Under the pieces are notes generated by a model. It was given only the letters and a program-made list of their open reading frames with translations, did not search any database and had not been told where the DNA came from. Of a stretch of 51,114 nt of DNA, positions 17,700-26,748 are shown piece by piece; position 1 is the first letter of the stretch, and each line of letters opens with the position of its first letter. Source of the DNA: an uncultured Nitrosopumilaceae archaeon (GTDB taxonomy: Archaea > Thermoproteota > Nitrososphaeria > Nitrososphaerales > Nitrosopumilaceae); assembly GCA_964538845.1 (NCBI GenBank), contig CAZIHN010000001.1, positions 4,048 to 55,161 of the forward strand, read 5' to 3'. Made by a program: the position numbers and the translations under genes.

Positions 17700-18935
17700 T
17701 CATACAAGAGGTTTTCTAAACCTATACTTTTTAAGAACCATTGTAGATAAAATTGTCAAAGCTGCAATCCCCAAAATTAGGTATGTCATATTAGATGAAT
17801 CAATAGATCCATTTGATTTAATAGGATCTTTGGAAGATATTCTATATACTGCTCCGTCGGACAAAGAAACTATATACAATAAACCATCCGGACCAACAAG
17901 TACATCGGATATACATCCGAATCCTGTTCCAAATATTATTTCATCCATCGAATCTCCTCTGTTGGCAATATTGTTGGACAGTTGTGGTGAATTAAAGATA
18001 AAACCATCTCGGTTACTATTCAATTCAAACCTGTAGAGATTTCCATTGTTACAATCACCAACAAAGAGACTATTTTTATATTTATCAAATTGTTTAGAAG
18101 TGGTAAAGGCCAGGCCTGTTGGAGCTACAGTCTGTTCCCAAGTAAATTTTGGATCTTGATAATGATAATCACGGATTCTATCAAGCTGTTCTGCTTCACT
18201 CTTATTTGCTGGACCTGTTATAACATCCCAGCCACTGTTAAAGTATGGCGTGACCATATTGATCTCATCATTTACATCAGGTCCATTTTCTGTATCCCAA
18301 AGCTTTCCTGTAATTGGATCTACTGTTAGACCAAAGCTGTTTCTGATACCTATGGCATAATATGGTCCAGTTGGAGAAATCCTGAAAATAACACTAGTAT
18401 CATCAGGTTCGCCCGTAGGATGGTTCTGCAACCTTCCGAAATGTCCGGCATCTCCTACCACAAGATATACAGACCCATTTGAATCAGTTGTCATTGCTCC
18501 ACCATTGTGATACGTTTGTGTTTGAGGTAAATCCTTGATGAGGGTCTTGTTGATCAATTCTCTCCCATTCCAATCATAGCTATAGACTCTCTTGGCCAAT
18601 GCTGGACCGCCATTGAATGAGGATGCTGTAAAATATAGGTATACTTTAGTGCCTACAGTAGTAATTCCAAGCATCCCTTGTTCACCAATACTTGTTACAT
18701 TCTCATGAAGTACCGGTTTTGATTCTTGAATACCGTCTCGGATTAAAATTACATTACCTGAGGTTTTTTCTAAAAGAAGAATATCATTTCCCTCAAAAGC
18801 CATTGTAGTCGGAGAACAACATATTCCTCCAATATATTTTTGAACAACAAAATCATTATCTTTTATGCTTGGTTCAGAATATGCCGGCACGATTACAAAA
18901 ATTAACAAAGCAAAAATTAACAGCAGGTTCTTCAA
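17700..18935 (-). CDS. Exported PQQ-dependent glucose/sorbosone dehydrogenase-family beta-propeller with a C-terminal membrane anchor
   Basis: Signal peptide, GEQGMLGI, HNGG, GIRNSFGL, TENGP..DEIN, GPDGLLY, and a C-terminal TM helix with basic tail. Confidence 0.9.
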   Translation of the reverse strand: MKNLLLIFALLIFVIVPAYSEPSIKDNDFVVQKYIGGICCSPTTMAFEGNDILLLEKTSGNVILIRDGIQESKPVLHENVTSIGEQGMLGITTVGTKVYLYFTASSFNGGPALAKRVYSYDWNGRELINKTLIKDLPQTQTYHNGGAMTTDSNGSVYLVVGDAGHFGRLQNHPTGEPDDTSVIFRISPTGPYYAIGIRNSFGLTVDPITGKLWDTENGPDVNDEINMVTPYFNSGWDVITGPANKSEAEQLDRIRDYHYQDPKFTWEQTVAPTGLAFTTSKQFDKYKNSLFVGDCNNGNLYRFELNSNRDGFIFNSPQLSNNIANRGDSMDEIIFGTGFGCISDVLVGPDGLLYIVSLSDGAVYRISSKDPIKSNGSIDSSNMTYLILGIAALTILSTMVLKKYRFRKPLV

Positions 18936-19123
18936 TTGATATCTGATAAAAACACTCGTTATTAAATTTCGTTTAAGAATTAAAGGACTAAAATGTAACT
19001 GCTTTTGTTAGGAAATTGGTTATCACAATTATTAAGACTCATAATACACTAGAATGATTCAAAATAAGCAATTCAAAAATAAGTATTAAATGGTATAAAT
19101 TAGAGTTATTTTAATGAGTTCAT

Positions 19124-19504
19124 ATGAAGAAATCAGTGGAAAATCTTGCGACAAGTAAGATAACAGGTGGAAGAAGATATCCTCTGCGCACGCGAAGAAA
19201 GTACGAGATAGATAGATACTCTGTTGAAACTATTCCAGGTGAACAAGAAACCGTTGTTCGCAAGGTACGAGGAAGAAATAACAAAACTTCTCTTAAGACT
19301 ACAGATTTTGTAAACTTGTCTATCGCAGGATCAAAAGTTAAGAGAGTAAAAATTTTGAAAGTGTTAAAAAATCCATCAAACAATGATTATGAAAGACGCG
19401 GTGTTATTTCAAAAGGTGCAATATTAGAAACTGAAGCTGGTCAGTGCAAAGTCATTTCTAGACCGGGTCAAGATGGTGCCGTTAATGCAATTTCGATAAA
19501 GTGA
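19124..19504 (+). CDS. rps8e: 30S ribosomal protein S8e
   Basis: KITGGR, RKYEIDR, VRGRN, NPSN...RRGVISKGAILET, SRPGQDG. Confidence 0.96.
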   Translation: MKKSVENLATSKITGGRRYPLRTRRKYEIDRYSVETIPGEQETVVRKVRGRNNKTSLKTTDFVNLSIAGSKVKRVKILKVLKNPSNNDYERRGVISKGAILETEAGQCKVISRPGQDGAVNAISIK

Positions 19505-19509
19505 GTTAG

Positions 19510-19812
19510 ATGAAGGATTACGAACATGTCGTAATCTGGCTGGATTATTTCAATAAAACTATTTCAAAAAAAATGGGAAGAAGAGTTTCTCGTGAAAAAA
19601 GCATTTTTGATCCTTCATTAAAGGAATTAATTGAAGCTGCAAAAGCTGCAGGATTAGAACTCAAGGATACCAATGATCAAGTTCGATTTCCAAGAAGACC
19701 ATTTGTAAGATCAGGATATATCTCCCTTGCCAAAAATCAACCAAAATCCAAGATAATTTCCTCTATTTCTGAAAAATTGGTTTCAAGAAGGTCAAAACAA
19801 AATATCAAATAG
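19510..19812 (+). CDS. srp19: Signal recognition particle protein SRP19
   Basis: VIWLDYFN...GRRVS...P.LKEL..AA...FPR..GY pattern. Confidence 0.9.
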   Translation: MKDYEHVVIWLDYFNKTISKKMGRRVSREKSIFDPSLKELIEAAKAAGLELKDTNDQVRFPRRPFVRSGYISLAKNQPKSKIISSISEKLVSRRSKQNIK

Positions 19813-19882
19813 CTATTCTAGCTTGCAGCTAAAGTAATTTTGACAGAACTCTATTGATAACAGTATATTGTGAAGGAAACAA

Positions 19883-20152
19883 TTGCAGGAGGTAGGCGAA
19901 GTATTGCATCTAGCAAGTAGCGGCAGGGTCATAATTAGATTATCAAAGTCCCTAAGAGATGGCCAAATAGTCGTAGACAATTTAGGAACTAAAATTGCAA
20001 AAGTTTCAGAAATGATTGGTCCTGTTGATGCACCATATGCTTCAGCAGTTCCGATTACAAACAATATCAAAAAGTACATCGGGAAATTAGTTTACATCGC
20101 CGAAGTAGTTCCTGCAAAGAAACCGAAAAGATTCAGAGGAGATAGAAAATGA
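19883..20152 (+). CDS. gar1: H/ACA RNP protein Gar1
   Basis: VGEVLH...IAKVSEMIGPVDAPY; precedes tfb. Confidence 0.88.
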   Translation: MQEVGEVLHLASSGRVIIRLSKSLRDGQIVVDNLGTKIAKVSEMIGPVDAPYASAVPITNNIKKYIGKLVYIAEVVPAKKPKRFRGDRK

Positions 20153-21108
20153 CCATAACAGAACTACAAACACATTGTCCAGAGTGTCGATCTAATTTAA
20201 TTGATGACATTCATAGTGGAGAAAAAATTTGTTCTGGCTGTGGATTGGTCGCAATGGAACAGATGCCAGATTATGGACCAGAATCAAGAGCAACAAATCC
20301 AGAAGAAAAGTTGAAAGCTGCAAGGGCAACAGGACAAACTACCTACTCACAGCATGATTTAGGTATTAGAACCGAAATTGCAATGGGTACAAGAGACTTC
20401 AGTGGTAGGACAATTTCAAGCGACGTTGCAAACCAGATGTATAATCTTAGAAAATGGCAGACTAGAATAAGGGTTGCATCTCCTAGGGAGAGAAGACTTG
20501 CAAACATTCTGTCAAAGATAGGTGAAACTTGTCAAGTGCTTTCACTACCTAGAAATGTAATTGAGAGTGCTTCTATGATATACAGAAACTTTGAAAGCCA
20601 GGCGGAGGCAAAAGGTAAATCAGTCTCTTGCATGTCGGCTGCAACGATATACATGGCCTGCAAACAGTGCGATGTAGTAAGATCGTTAGATGAGATCTGT
20701 GCTGCTACGGGAAGTACAAAGGAAGAAAAAATGAATGTAAAGCTCACAGCAAAATACTACAGAATGCTTGTAATGGAATTGGGTTCAAAAACAGCTCCAG
20801 TCGTTACTCTTGAGAAGTATATATCAAAAATTTCAAATCTGGCAAAACTTGAAGTTCGTGTAGAAAGACTTGCTGCCGAAATAGCAGAGAAAACGGAAGA
20901 CCATAATCTTGCCGACGGAAAGGCTCCAAATGGGTTGGCCGCTGCATATCTCTATATAGCATCAACCCTTCTTGGGCAGAGCATTCTTCAGAGGGATGTC
21001 TCAAGCGTAGCCGGCATCACCGAGGTCACTATACGGAACAGATGTAAGGAGATTCTCACTGCATACAAGATGAGGATAACTTTGCGACCATCTTTAGCCA
21101 AAAACTAA
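20149..21108 (+). CDS. tfb: Transcription initiation factor B
   Basis: Zn ribbon CPEC...CSGCG, GPE.R, two cyclin repeats, ITEVTIRNR. Confidence 0.96.
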   Translation: MTITELQTHCPECRSNLIDDIHSGEKICSGCGLVAMEQMPDYGPESRATNPEEKLKAARATGQTTYSQHDLGIRTEIAMGTRDFSGRTISSDVANQMYNLRKWQTRIRVASPRERRLANILSKIGETCQVLSLPRNVIESASMIYRNFESQAEAKGKSVSCMSAATIYMACKQCDVVRSLDEICAATGSTKEEKMNVKLTAKYYRMLVMELGSKTAPVVTLEKYISKISNLAKLEVRVERLAAEIAEKTEDHNLADGKAPNGLAAAYLYIASTLLGQSILQRDVSSVAGITEVTIRNRCKEILTAYKMRITLRPSLAKN

Positions 21109-21112
21109 CCCC

Positions 21113-21128
21113 TTTTTCCTTTTTTGTT
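21113..21128 (+). terminator. Oligo-T terminator candidate of the rps8e-srp19-gar1-tfb unit
   Basis: TTTTTCCTTTTTTGTT immediately after the tfb stop. Confidence 0.55.
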
Positions 21129-21308
21129 CAGCCTTAGGTTATTCCTAATTTTAATTGATATCGTGTTATATGCATATTTTGAGATATTTCAGTTTTCTTT
21201 TCTAGATAAGAAAAATGAGTACAGATCTTTCCCGTCATCTATTTCTTGTTTATAGGTTAATTCCAAGAATGGCAGATCAACCGTAAATACTTGTGAAAAT
21301 GAAGCGTT

Positions 21309-21455
21309 ATGGAGAGTGAAAAAACGATAAAAGCACAATGTAGAATTTGCCGTGGAAATATGCAGTTCGTAGAAGGAGACATAATATTTGGAGATACTTG
21401 GTATCATAAGGGCTGCGCTGAGCAGATAAAACTAGCGCCTCAGGCAACTCGATAA
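21309..21455 (+). CDS. 48-aa CxxC...HxxC zinc-finger microprotein (half-LIM-like)
   Basis: Not in the track. MESEKTIKAQCRICRGNMQFVEGDIIFGDTWYHKGCAEQIKLAPQATR. Confidence 0.7.
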   Translation: MESEKTIKAQCRICRGNMQFVEGDIIFGDTWYHKGCAEQIKLAPQATR

Positions 21456-21498
21456 GATATATTCAATAATTATCTAGTGACTTTTACTTTTATAATAT

Positions 21499-21900
21499 TC
21501 AGCTGCTTTCTTTATCTAACTTTAGTGATGCAGAGTTGATGCAATATCTCAAACCAGTAGGCTTGGGACCATCATCAAATACATGCCCAAGATGAGCTCC
21601 ACATTTGTCACAATTAACCTCTACTCTTTCCATGAAATGACTATCATCATTCCGTTTTTCAATATTTGACTCATCAACAGGTCTCACGAAGCTAGGCCAT
21701 CCCGTTCCAGAGTCAAATTTGTCTTCTGATCTGAAAAGGACGTTGCCGCAACAAATGCATTTGTACATTCCTTTTTCATTGCAAGCATAATATTGTCCAG
21801 TGAATGGCATTTCCGTGTCTTTCTTTCTAGTCACAAGATATTGTTCATCAGTAAGCTGCTTTTTCCATTCTTCATCACTCTTGACAATTTTTTCTGTCAT
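21499..21900 (-). CDS. msrB: Peptide-methionine (R)-S-oxide reductase
   Basis: [30 protein letters not shown], two Zn CxxC motifs. Confidence 0.97.
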   Translation of the reverse strand: MTEKIVKSDEEWKKQLTDEQYLVTRKKDTEMPFTGQYYACNEKGMYKCICCGNVLFRSEDKFDSGTGWPSFVRPVDESNIEKRNDDSHFMERVEVNCDKCGAHLGHVFDDGPKPTGLRYCINSASLKLDKESS

Positions 21901-21904
21901 AGAT

Positions 21905-22420
21905 TCAATCCTCTATATTGCCTACGTAGCATCTCCCTCCACCACGTTTCATATAGTATTTTTGATGGTATTCCTCAGCTTTGTAGAATTTTGATGCAGG
22001 GACAATCTCAGTTACAATTTTATTTTTCAAATTACCAGACTTTTCAAGTGATTCTTTCGATTTCCTCGCAATTTCTTGTTGTTCTAGATTATGATAGGAT
22101 ATCATCGAACGGTATTGAGACCCAATATCAGGACCCTGCCGATTGAATGTTGTGGGATCATGATTGGACCAAAATATCTCGAGAAGTTTTTCATAAGAAA
22201 CAATCTTAGGATCAAATTCGATCTGGATAGCTTCAGCATGTCCTGTTTTGTCTGAACATACATCCTCATAAGCAGGATTTTCAAAGTGGCCTCCAGTATA
22301 TCCTACCATTATTGTCTTTACACCCTTAATTCCTCTGAATGCTTCTTCGACACCCCAGAAACATCCTGCAGCAAAAGTCGCTAGTTGATGATTTTTTTCG
22401 TGCATGATATTATTTGTCAT
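21905..22420 (-). CDS. msrA: Peptide-methionine (S)-S-oxide reductase
   Basis: [32 protein letters not shown]. Confidence 0.97.
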   Translation of the reverse strand: MTNNIMHEKNHQLATFAAGCFWGVEEAFRGIKGVKTIMVGYTGGHFENPAYEDVCSDKTGHAEAIQIEFDPKIVSYEKLLEIFWSNHDPTTFNRQGPDIGSQYRSMISYHNLEQQEIARKSKESLEKSGNLKNKIVTEIVPASKFYKAEEYHQKYYMKRGGGRCYVGNIED

Positions 22421-22521
22421 AGTTCCTATAATTACCTTATTCTAATTTGTTTCAATTGACACAAATTTTTAATCGAATTGAATTTAGAATTAACTTAATT
22501 CAGATATGGGCATGAATAAAC

Positions 22522-22890
22522 TTATTTTGCATTTTGATCTGGCTGAATGATTCCAAAAACATTACCTTCTGTATCCAAACATTGAGCAAAGAAACCTACC
22601 CCTGGAATTGGCGTTTTTGGCATCAACACTTTTCCTCCATTAGATTGAATCTTCTTTGTAAACTCGTCAACCGACGTAACATCAATTGTATTTGATGTGC
22701 CTAATTGACCCGGCATCCTTTTAGACATCCCTCCATTAATACCGGGTTGCTTGTCGTCCCCGGTCTTTACCATCCAATATTCCATAGGACCATTCCACTT
22801 GTCAAATTTCCAACCAAACACTTCGCCATAGAATTTTTGTGCCCTTGATGGATCATCTGCTGGTATATCAAAGTGAACAATTCTTGGCAT
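22522..22890 (-). CDS. VOC/glyoxalase-family protein (probable start ATG 22890)
   Basis: IVHFDIPADD..RAQKFY..VFGW, GINGG, DTEGNVFG. Confidence 0.9.
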   Translation of the reverse strand: MPRIVHFDIPADDPSRAQKFYGEVFGWKFDKWNGPMEYWMVKTGDDKQPGINGGMSKRMPGQLGTSNTIDVTSVDEFTKKIQSNGGKVLMPKTPIPGVGFFAQCLDTEGNVFGIIQPDQNAK

Positions 22891-23385
22891 ATTTGATATA
22901 ACATACATTGCAGAATATTTAAGTTTGATTAAAATCTAATTATAAAAATCGCTATTTTTCTACATTTTACTCCAAGTGAATAAACAAATTGTAATTTTTA
23001 TTTAGATTCCAACTTATACAGATCGATGTAATCTATCAAAAATTTCTTATCTCTTCTATAGAAGCAATATAAGAAATTCCCAAAAATGGAAAATTGTCCT
23101 CGCGTTTATATCAAACTCCAAAGAAAAGATATTATCTCTATGAAAAAACAAGTACAATTTGGGAAAATTAAAAATTCATTTTTGCCCAAAATTGAAACAA
23201 AGTTTTTGAGTCAGCAAGACACAGTTCTTGCTATGGAAGAAGACGAATGGGAATCAACAGACGAATGGGGATTTCAAATAGAATGAATTTGTGGAACATG
23301 CATTATTTCTTATTTTATTAATACACTATAGCAGAGGACATAAAATTGAAATTAGCGTAATGATTCGCCTGAATTATGAAGTTTT

Positions 23386-24732
23386 TTGAGGTACAAAATT
23401 TTGGAGCCACTTGAATTCTGTGATACTTGTTTTCATCGTGGAAAAACTGATCTATGCGAAACTTTCAAGAATACCTTTACTAAAACTAGTCCTCTACATT
23501 TTTCGCAGCAAAGAAAACTAGATAGGATTCTTAACAAATTGGACTCTAGACCAAGGCTTATTGATAGACGCTGGGTGTGCATTATCGAGTCCCAAAAACG
23601 TAAAGAATTCCTCGATTCTTTATGGGGAATAAATGTTACAGTCCATACCTTAGAAGATCATTTGAGAGTCATTACAAGATTCTACAAGCCAGAAATGAGA
23701 GAAATAGGAACAAATGAACAGATAGAACTACTAAATGAGGAATCTTGGGAGGAGTTTAATCCAAAATCACGAAATTGGGATATTCTAATCGTCAAAAAGA
23801 AAAATGAAAAATTTCTTGCCAATGCTAATCTCGGCAACATATTAAGATGCAAAGGTCCTGAAGCTACCAGTTATTTCCGAGTGAATTCTGAAAAAGGTTT
23901 CAATGTGCTTGTTCCAATGGAAAGACGAGCAGCATATAACATTATATCTACTATTGCAGAACCATCCGTAGCATATTGGAAAACCGATACTACAAACGAA
24001 CATGGATTTATCGAACAAAAAGAACTACAAAATATTCCTGATGAAATTTCTAATTTCTTGTTAAGATTAGGTACCAAATACAAAAAATTTCCTGAAATAA
24101 TAGTTTTTGAATATGATGATTTTGACCTTGTGAAGTCTGTGCTAGGTTGTATTAAGATCGATTTACAAAAATCTTCCCAACTATTCAATGGATTATTGGA
24201 CAAAAAAGCCGATTCAAAAATACTTATTGAAGACATTGCGAAGGAACGTCTTCAAATTCTATTAGATATCGTCACAGAGATGGGTGGAAAAATTAAGAGT
24301 GAAAATGATCGAATTACAATTTCAGGAAATCTCGGATCAATAAAACTAACCTTTGTGCAAGATGATAAGAGTGCCCAGGATGGCTCTTCGATTTGGATTT
24401 CCATATCAGTACTTGAGGAACCATTAAGATTTGCAGAGATTTTGCGCATGGTAAAGAAGAGGTTAGGCCTTCATGATCTACCTCTTGAAATCATGATTAG
24501 TCAACATTGGCCAATAATAACAGATTCAGATTTACAATATGTTCTTCAGTCAGCTATTTCATGGTGGCCAAGCAATCGAGCCTTGGCTGCGAAAATAATT
24601 AGTGAAAACAATAAATTTGATAAAATAAAAGAATGGCACTCCAAAATTAAAGAAGGTAAGATTCGATCAAATTTAGATACAATAACACTTGGCAAGATAA
24701 TAAAACATAAGGAATCAAATCTGACCAAATAG
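23386..24732 (+). CDS. Hypothetical 448-aa soluble protein with an N-terminal Cys cluster
   Basis: Long uninterrupted ORF with CDTC-x8-C near the start; no family recognised. Confidence 0.8.
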   Translation: MRYKILEPLEFCDTCFHRGKTDLCETFKNTFTKTSPLHFSQQRKLDRILNKLDSRPRLIDRRWVCIIESQKRKEFLDSLWGINVTVHTLEDHLRVITRFYKPEMREIGTNEQIELLNEESWEEFNPKSRNWDILIVKKKNEKFLANANLGNILRCKGPEATSYFRVNSEKGFNVLVPMERRAAYNIISTIAEPSVAYWKTDTTNEHGFIEQKELQNIPDEISNFLLRLGTKYKKFPEIIVFEYDDFDLVKSVLGCIKIDLQKSSQLFNGLLDKKADSKILIEDIAKERLQILLDIVTEMGGKIKSENDRITISGNLGSIKLTFVQDDKSAQDGSSIWISISVLEEPLRFAEILRMVKKRLGLHDLPLEIMISQHWPIITDSDLQYVLQSAISWWPSNRALAAKIISENNKFDKIKEWHSKIKEGKIRSNLDTITLGKIIKHKESNLTK

Positions 24733-24968
24733 TAGAAAAATTAAATTAATTATCAGGTATGATATAATTATCTTCAATTTCGTGATATCGTCTTGAGCTT
24801 GAATTACAGAACACTAGTGATTTTATATGCAAATAGGATAATTATTTGAGGAATAAATTAACGACACTGAATTTAATAATTAATTTAGTGGATTTGATTT
24901 AAAATTTTTTAGCAGGCGCAAAGTGTTGATTCTAGGATTTTGTAATAGTGATTTTAAGTTATGAATCC

Positions 24969-24986
24969 AATTAGAGCAAGCTAATT
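24969..24986. promoter_or_regulatory. Inverted repeat AATTAG-N6-CTAATT just upstream of the sufC TATA box (CTTATATA, about 24996-25003)
   Basis: Perfect 6-bp arms; a related sequence lies upstream of sufB. Confidence 0.4.
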
Positions 24987-25026
24987 TTTTGTTGACTTAT
25001 ATATCCAAAAGCGTATTTAGACTTCT

Positions 25027-25806
25027 ATGGCCATACTTGAGATAAAGGATTTACATGTAAGCAGAGATGGAAAAGAAATCCTTAGAGGAGTGAATCTCAA
25101 AACTGGTCCAGGCGAGGTCCATGCCATCATGGGACCAAATGGCTCAGGCAAAAGTACTCTGGCCTACACAATTTTGGGCCATCCAAAGTATCAAATTACA
25201 AAGGGAGACATTTTGTTAGATGGACAGAGTATTCTCCCCCTTTCAGCAGATGAAAGAGCGAAGAAAGGATTATTTCTGGCATTCCAGTATCCAACTGAGG
25301 TATCTGGTGTTGGTTACTCACATTTTCTAAGAACTGCTTACAATGCTCTGAGCAAGTCTTTAGGAGATCAAAAGAGAGAGGTATTTCTTACAGTTAGAGA
25401 ATTTCAAAATTATCTCAAAAAGAATCTTGACTCCGTTGGACTCAAGCAGGATTTTTTATCAAGATACTTAAATGAAGGATTTTCAGGCGGCGAAAAAAAG
25501 AGATCGGAAGTATTACAAATGGCAGTCCTTCAGCCAAAGATATCAATTTTAGATGAGCCAGATTCGGGATTAGATATAGATGCAGTCCAAGCAGTAGCAA
25601 AGGCAATAAGCAAAGTCTCAAGTCCTGACGCAACTGTAATAGTAATTACACATTATGTTAGAATCCTCAAATTCCTTGACAAGCTTGACTATGTTCATGT
25701 AATGGCTCAAGGTAAGATGATCAAGGAAGGTCCAAAAGAGCTTGCAGACGAGTTAGAAAAGAAGGGATATGCGTGGCTTGGAATACAAGAAACCATTGAA
25801 CAATAA
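25027..25806 (+). CDS. sufC: Fe-S cluster assembly ATPase SufC
   Basis: GPNGSGKST, FLAFQYP, NEGFSGGEKKR, LDEPDSGLDIDA, ITHY. Confidence 0.97.
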   Translation: MAILEIKDLHVSRDGKEILRGVNLKTGPGEVHAIMGPNGSGKSTLAYTILGHPKYQITKGDILLDGQSILPLSADERAKKGLFLAFQYPTEVSGVGYSHFLRTAYNALSKSLGDQKREVFLTVREFQNYLKKNLDSVGLKQDFLSRYLNEGFSGGEKKRSEVLQMAVLQPKISILDEPDSGLDIDAVQAVAKAISKVSSPDATVIVITHYVRILKFLDKLDYVHVMAQGKMIKEGPKELADELEKKGYAWLGIQETIEQ

Positions 25807-26093
25807 ACTCAGATAACAATCCTGTTATTTCTTAGAACACTAGAATTTCCACATATGAATTCTAGAATGTTAAATTAGAACATGTACTATCTATTTTAGA
25901 TCTTGATTTCCATAGGTGTTATGATCTTTTTTTTGTAATAACTTTGAATAAATAAAATCTAAAATGTGTTTTACTTCTTAATTCTAATTCTAAAATATGC
26001 TTTTAGAAATAATTGAAGTTGATGATTATAGGGCTAGAATACAAGTGGATTTACAAAAATTAGATTTATTTATAACTTTAAAATTAATATTCC

Positions 26094-26381
26094 ATGAAAA
26101 TAGAAAGAATAATGGATGTTGACGAGAAGTTTGTCAAATCTTCCACCAAACCTGAGGCAAAGTTGATTTTAAGTAGTAATCATAAATTCATAAAGCCAGT
26201 AGTCTTTTCAGGATTATCAACACCTCGAATGGGTACGGGATGGAGTATAGGAGAAATTAAATCCTCCGGATTGACCAAAAAACAAATGAAGGCATTGCAT
26301 CTTGGGATAGATAAATTTAGGAAGACTAAACACGAGGATAATGTAGAGATTCTCAAGAAAATTAAATCAATTATTAGTTAG
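26094..26381 (+). CDS. rpl13e: Divergent ribosomal protein L13e-family protein
   Basis: KPVV...RMGTGWSIGEIKSSGL...LHLGIDKFRKTKHEDNVEILK matches the L13e pattern R.GRGFS..EL..AG...LGI.VD.RR.S...NV..L. Confidence 0.7.
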   Translation: MKIERIMDVDEKFVKSSTKPEAKLILSSNHKFIKPVVFSGLSTPRMGTGWSIGEIKSSGLTKKQMKALHLGIDKFRKTKHEDNVEILKKIKSIIS

Positions 26382-26534
26382 AGAGAAATATAGAGTTCAA
26401 GAAGAAATTTCTCCAAGAGCTCGGATTTATAATACCCTCCAAATTTCTTGAGTAATTTGAATTAAAAAAAAACAATAACACTGTCTAAAATTTCTTACAC
26501 CATAATAGAAACCCAGATTTTTCTAGTTGTGTAT

Positions 26535-26684
26535 GTGGTAGAAGAAATTCAAGCCAATGAGTTTTATGCAGACTGTATGAGATATTTTGAGGCACTGAGA
26601 AAACAAGGAAAACAAGACTTTGGTTTTGAGGACGAGTTTTTCTACACTATGCCAGTAATATCAGAAAAGATAGTTAGCGGCTAA
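26535..26684 (+). CDS. 49-aa hypothetical microprotein
   Basis: Not in the track. GTG start, MVEEIQANEFYADCMRYFEALRKQGKQDFGFEDEFFYTMPVISEKIVSG, protein-like composition in an AT-rich spacer. Confidence 0.65.
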   Translation: MVEEIQANEFYADCMRYFEALRKQGKQDFGFEDEFFYTMPVISEKIVSG

Positions 26685-26748
26685 GATTAGATATGTTCAA
26701 TAATTGTTCAAGGTTTCAGTTATATATTCAGTGAATGAATTTCTCCTT

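Noticed and set aside
21189-21407. 72-aa minus-strand track ORF
   Set aside because: It has no recognisable motif and overlaps the better-supported plus-strand zinc-finger ORF.
23086-23232. N-terminal part of the 66-aa track ORF
   Set aside because: AT-rich and promoter-like; only the 3' 17 codons look coding.
24808-25843. AGAACACTAG direct repeat flanking sufC as a target-site duplication
   Set aside because: Only 10 nt, no transposase or terminal inverted repeats, and sufC is a core gene; chance is plausible.
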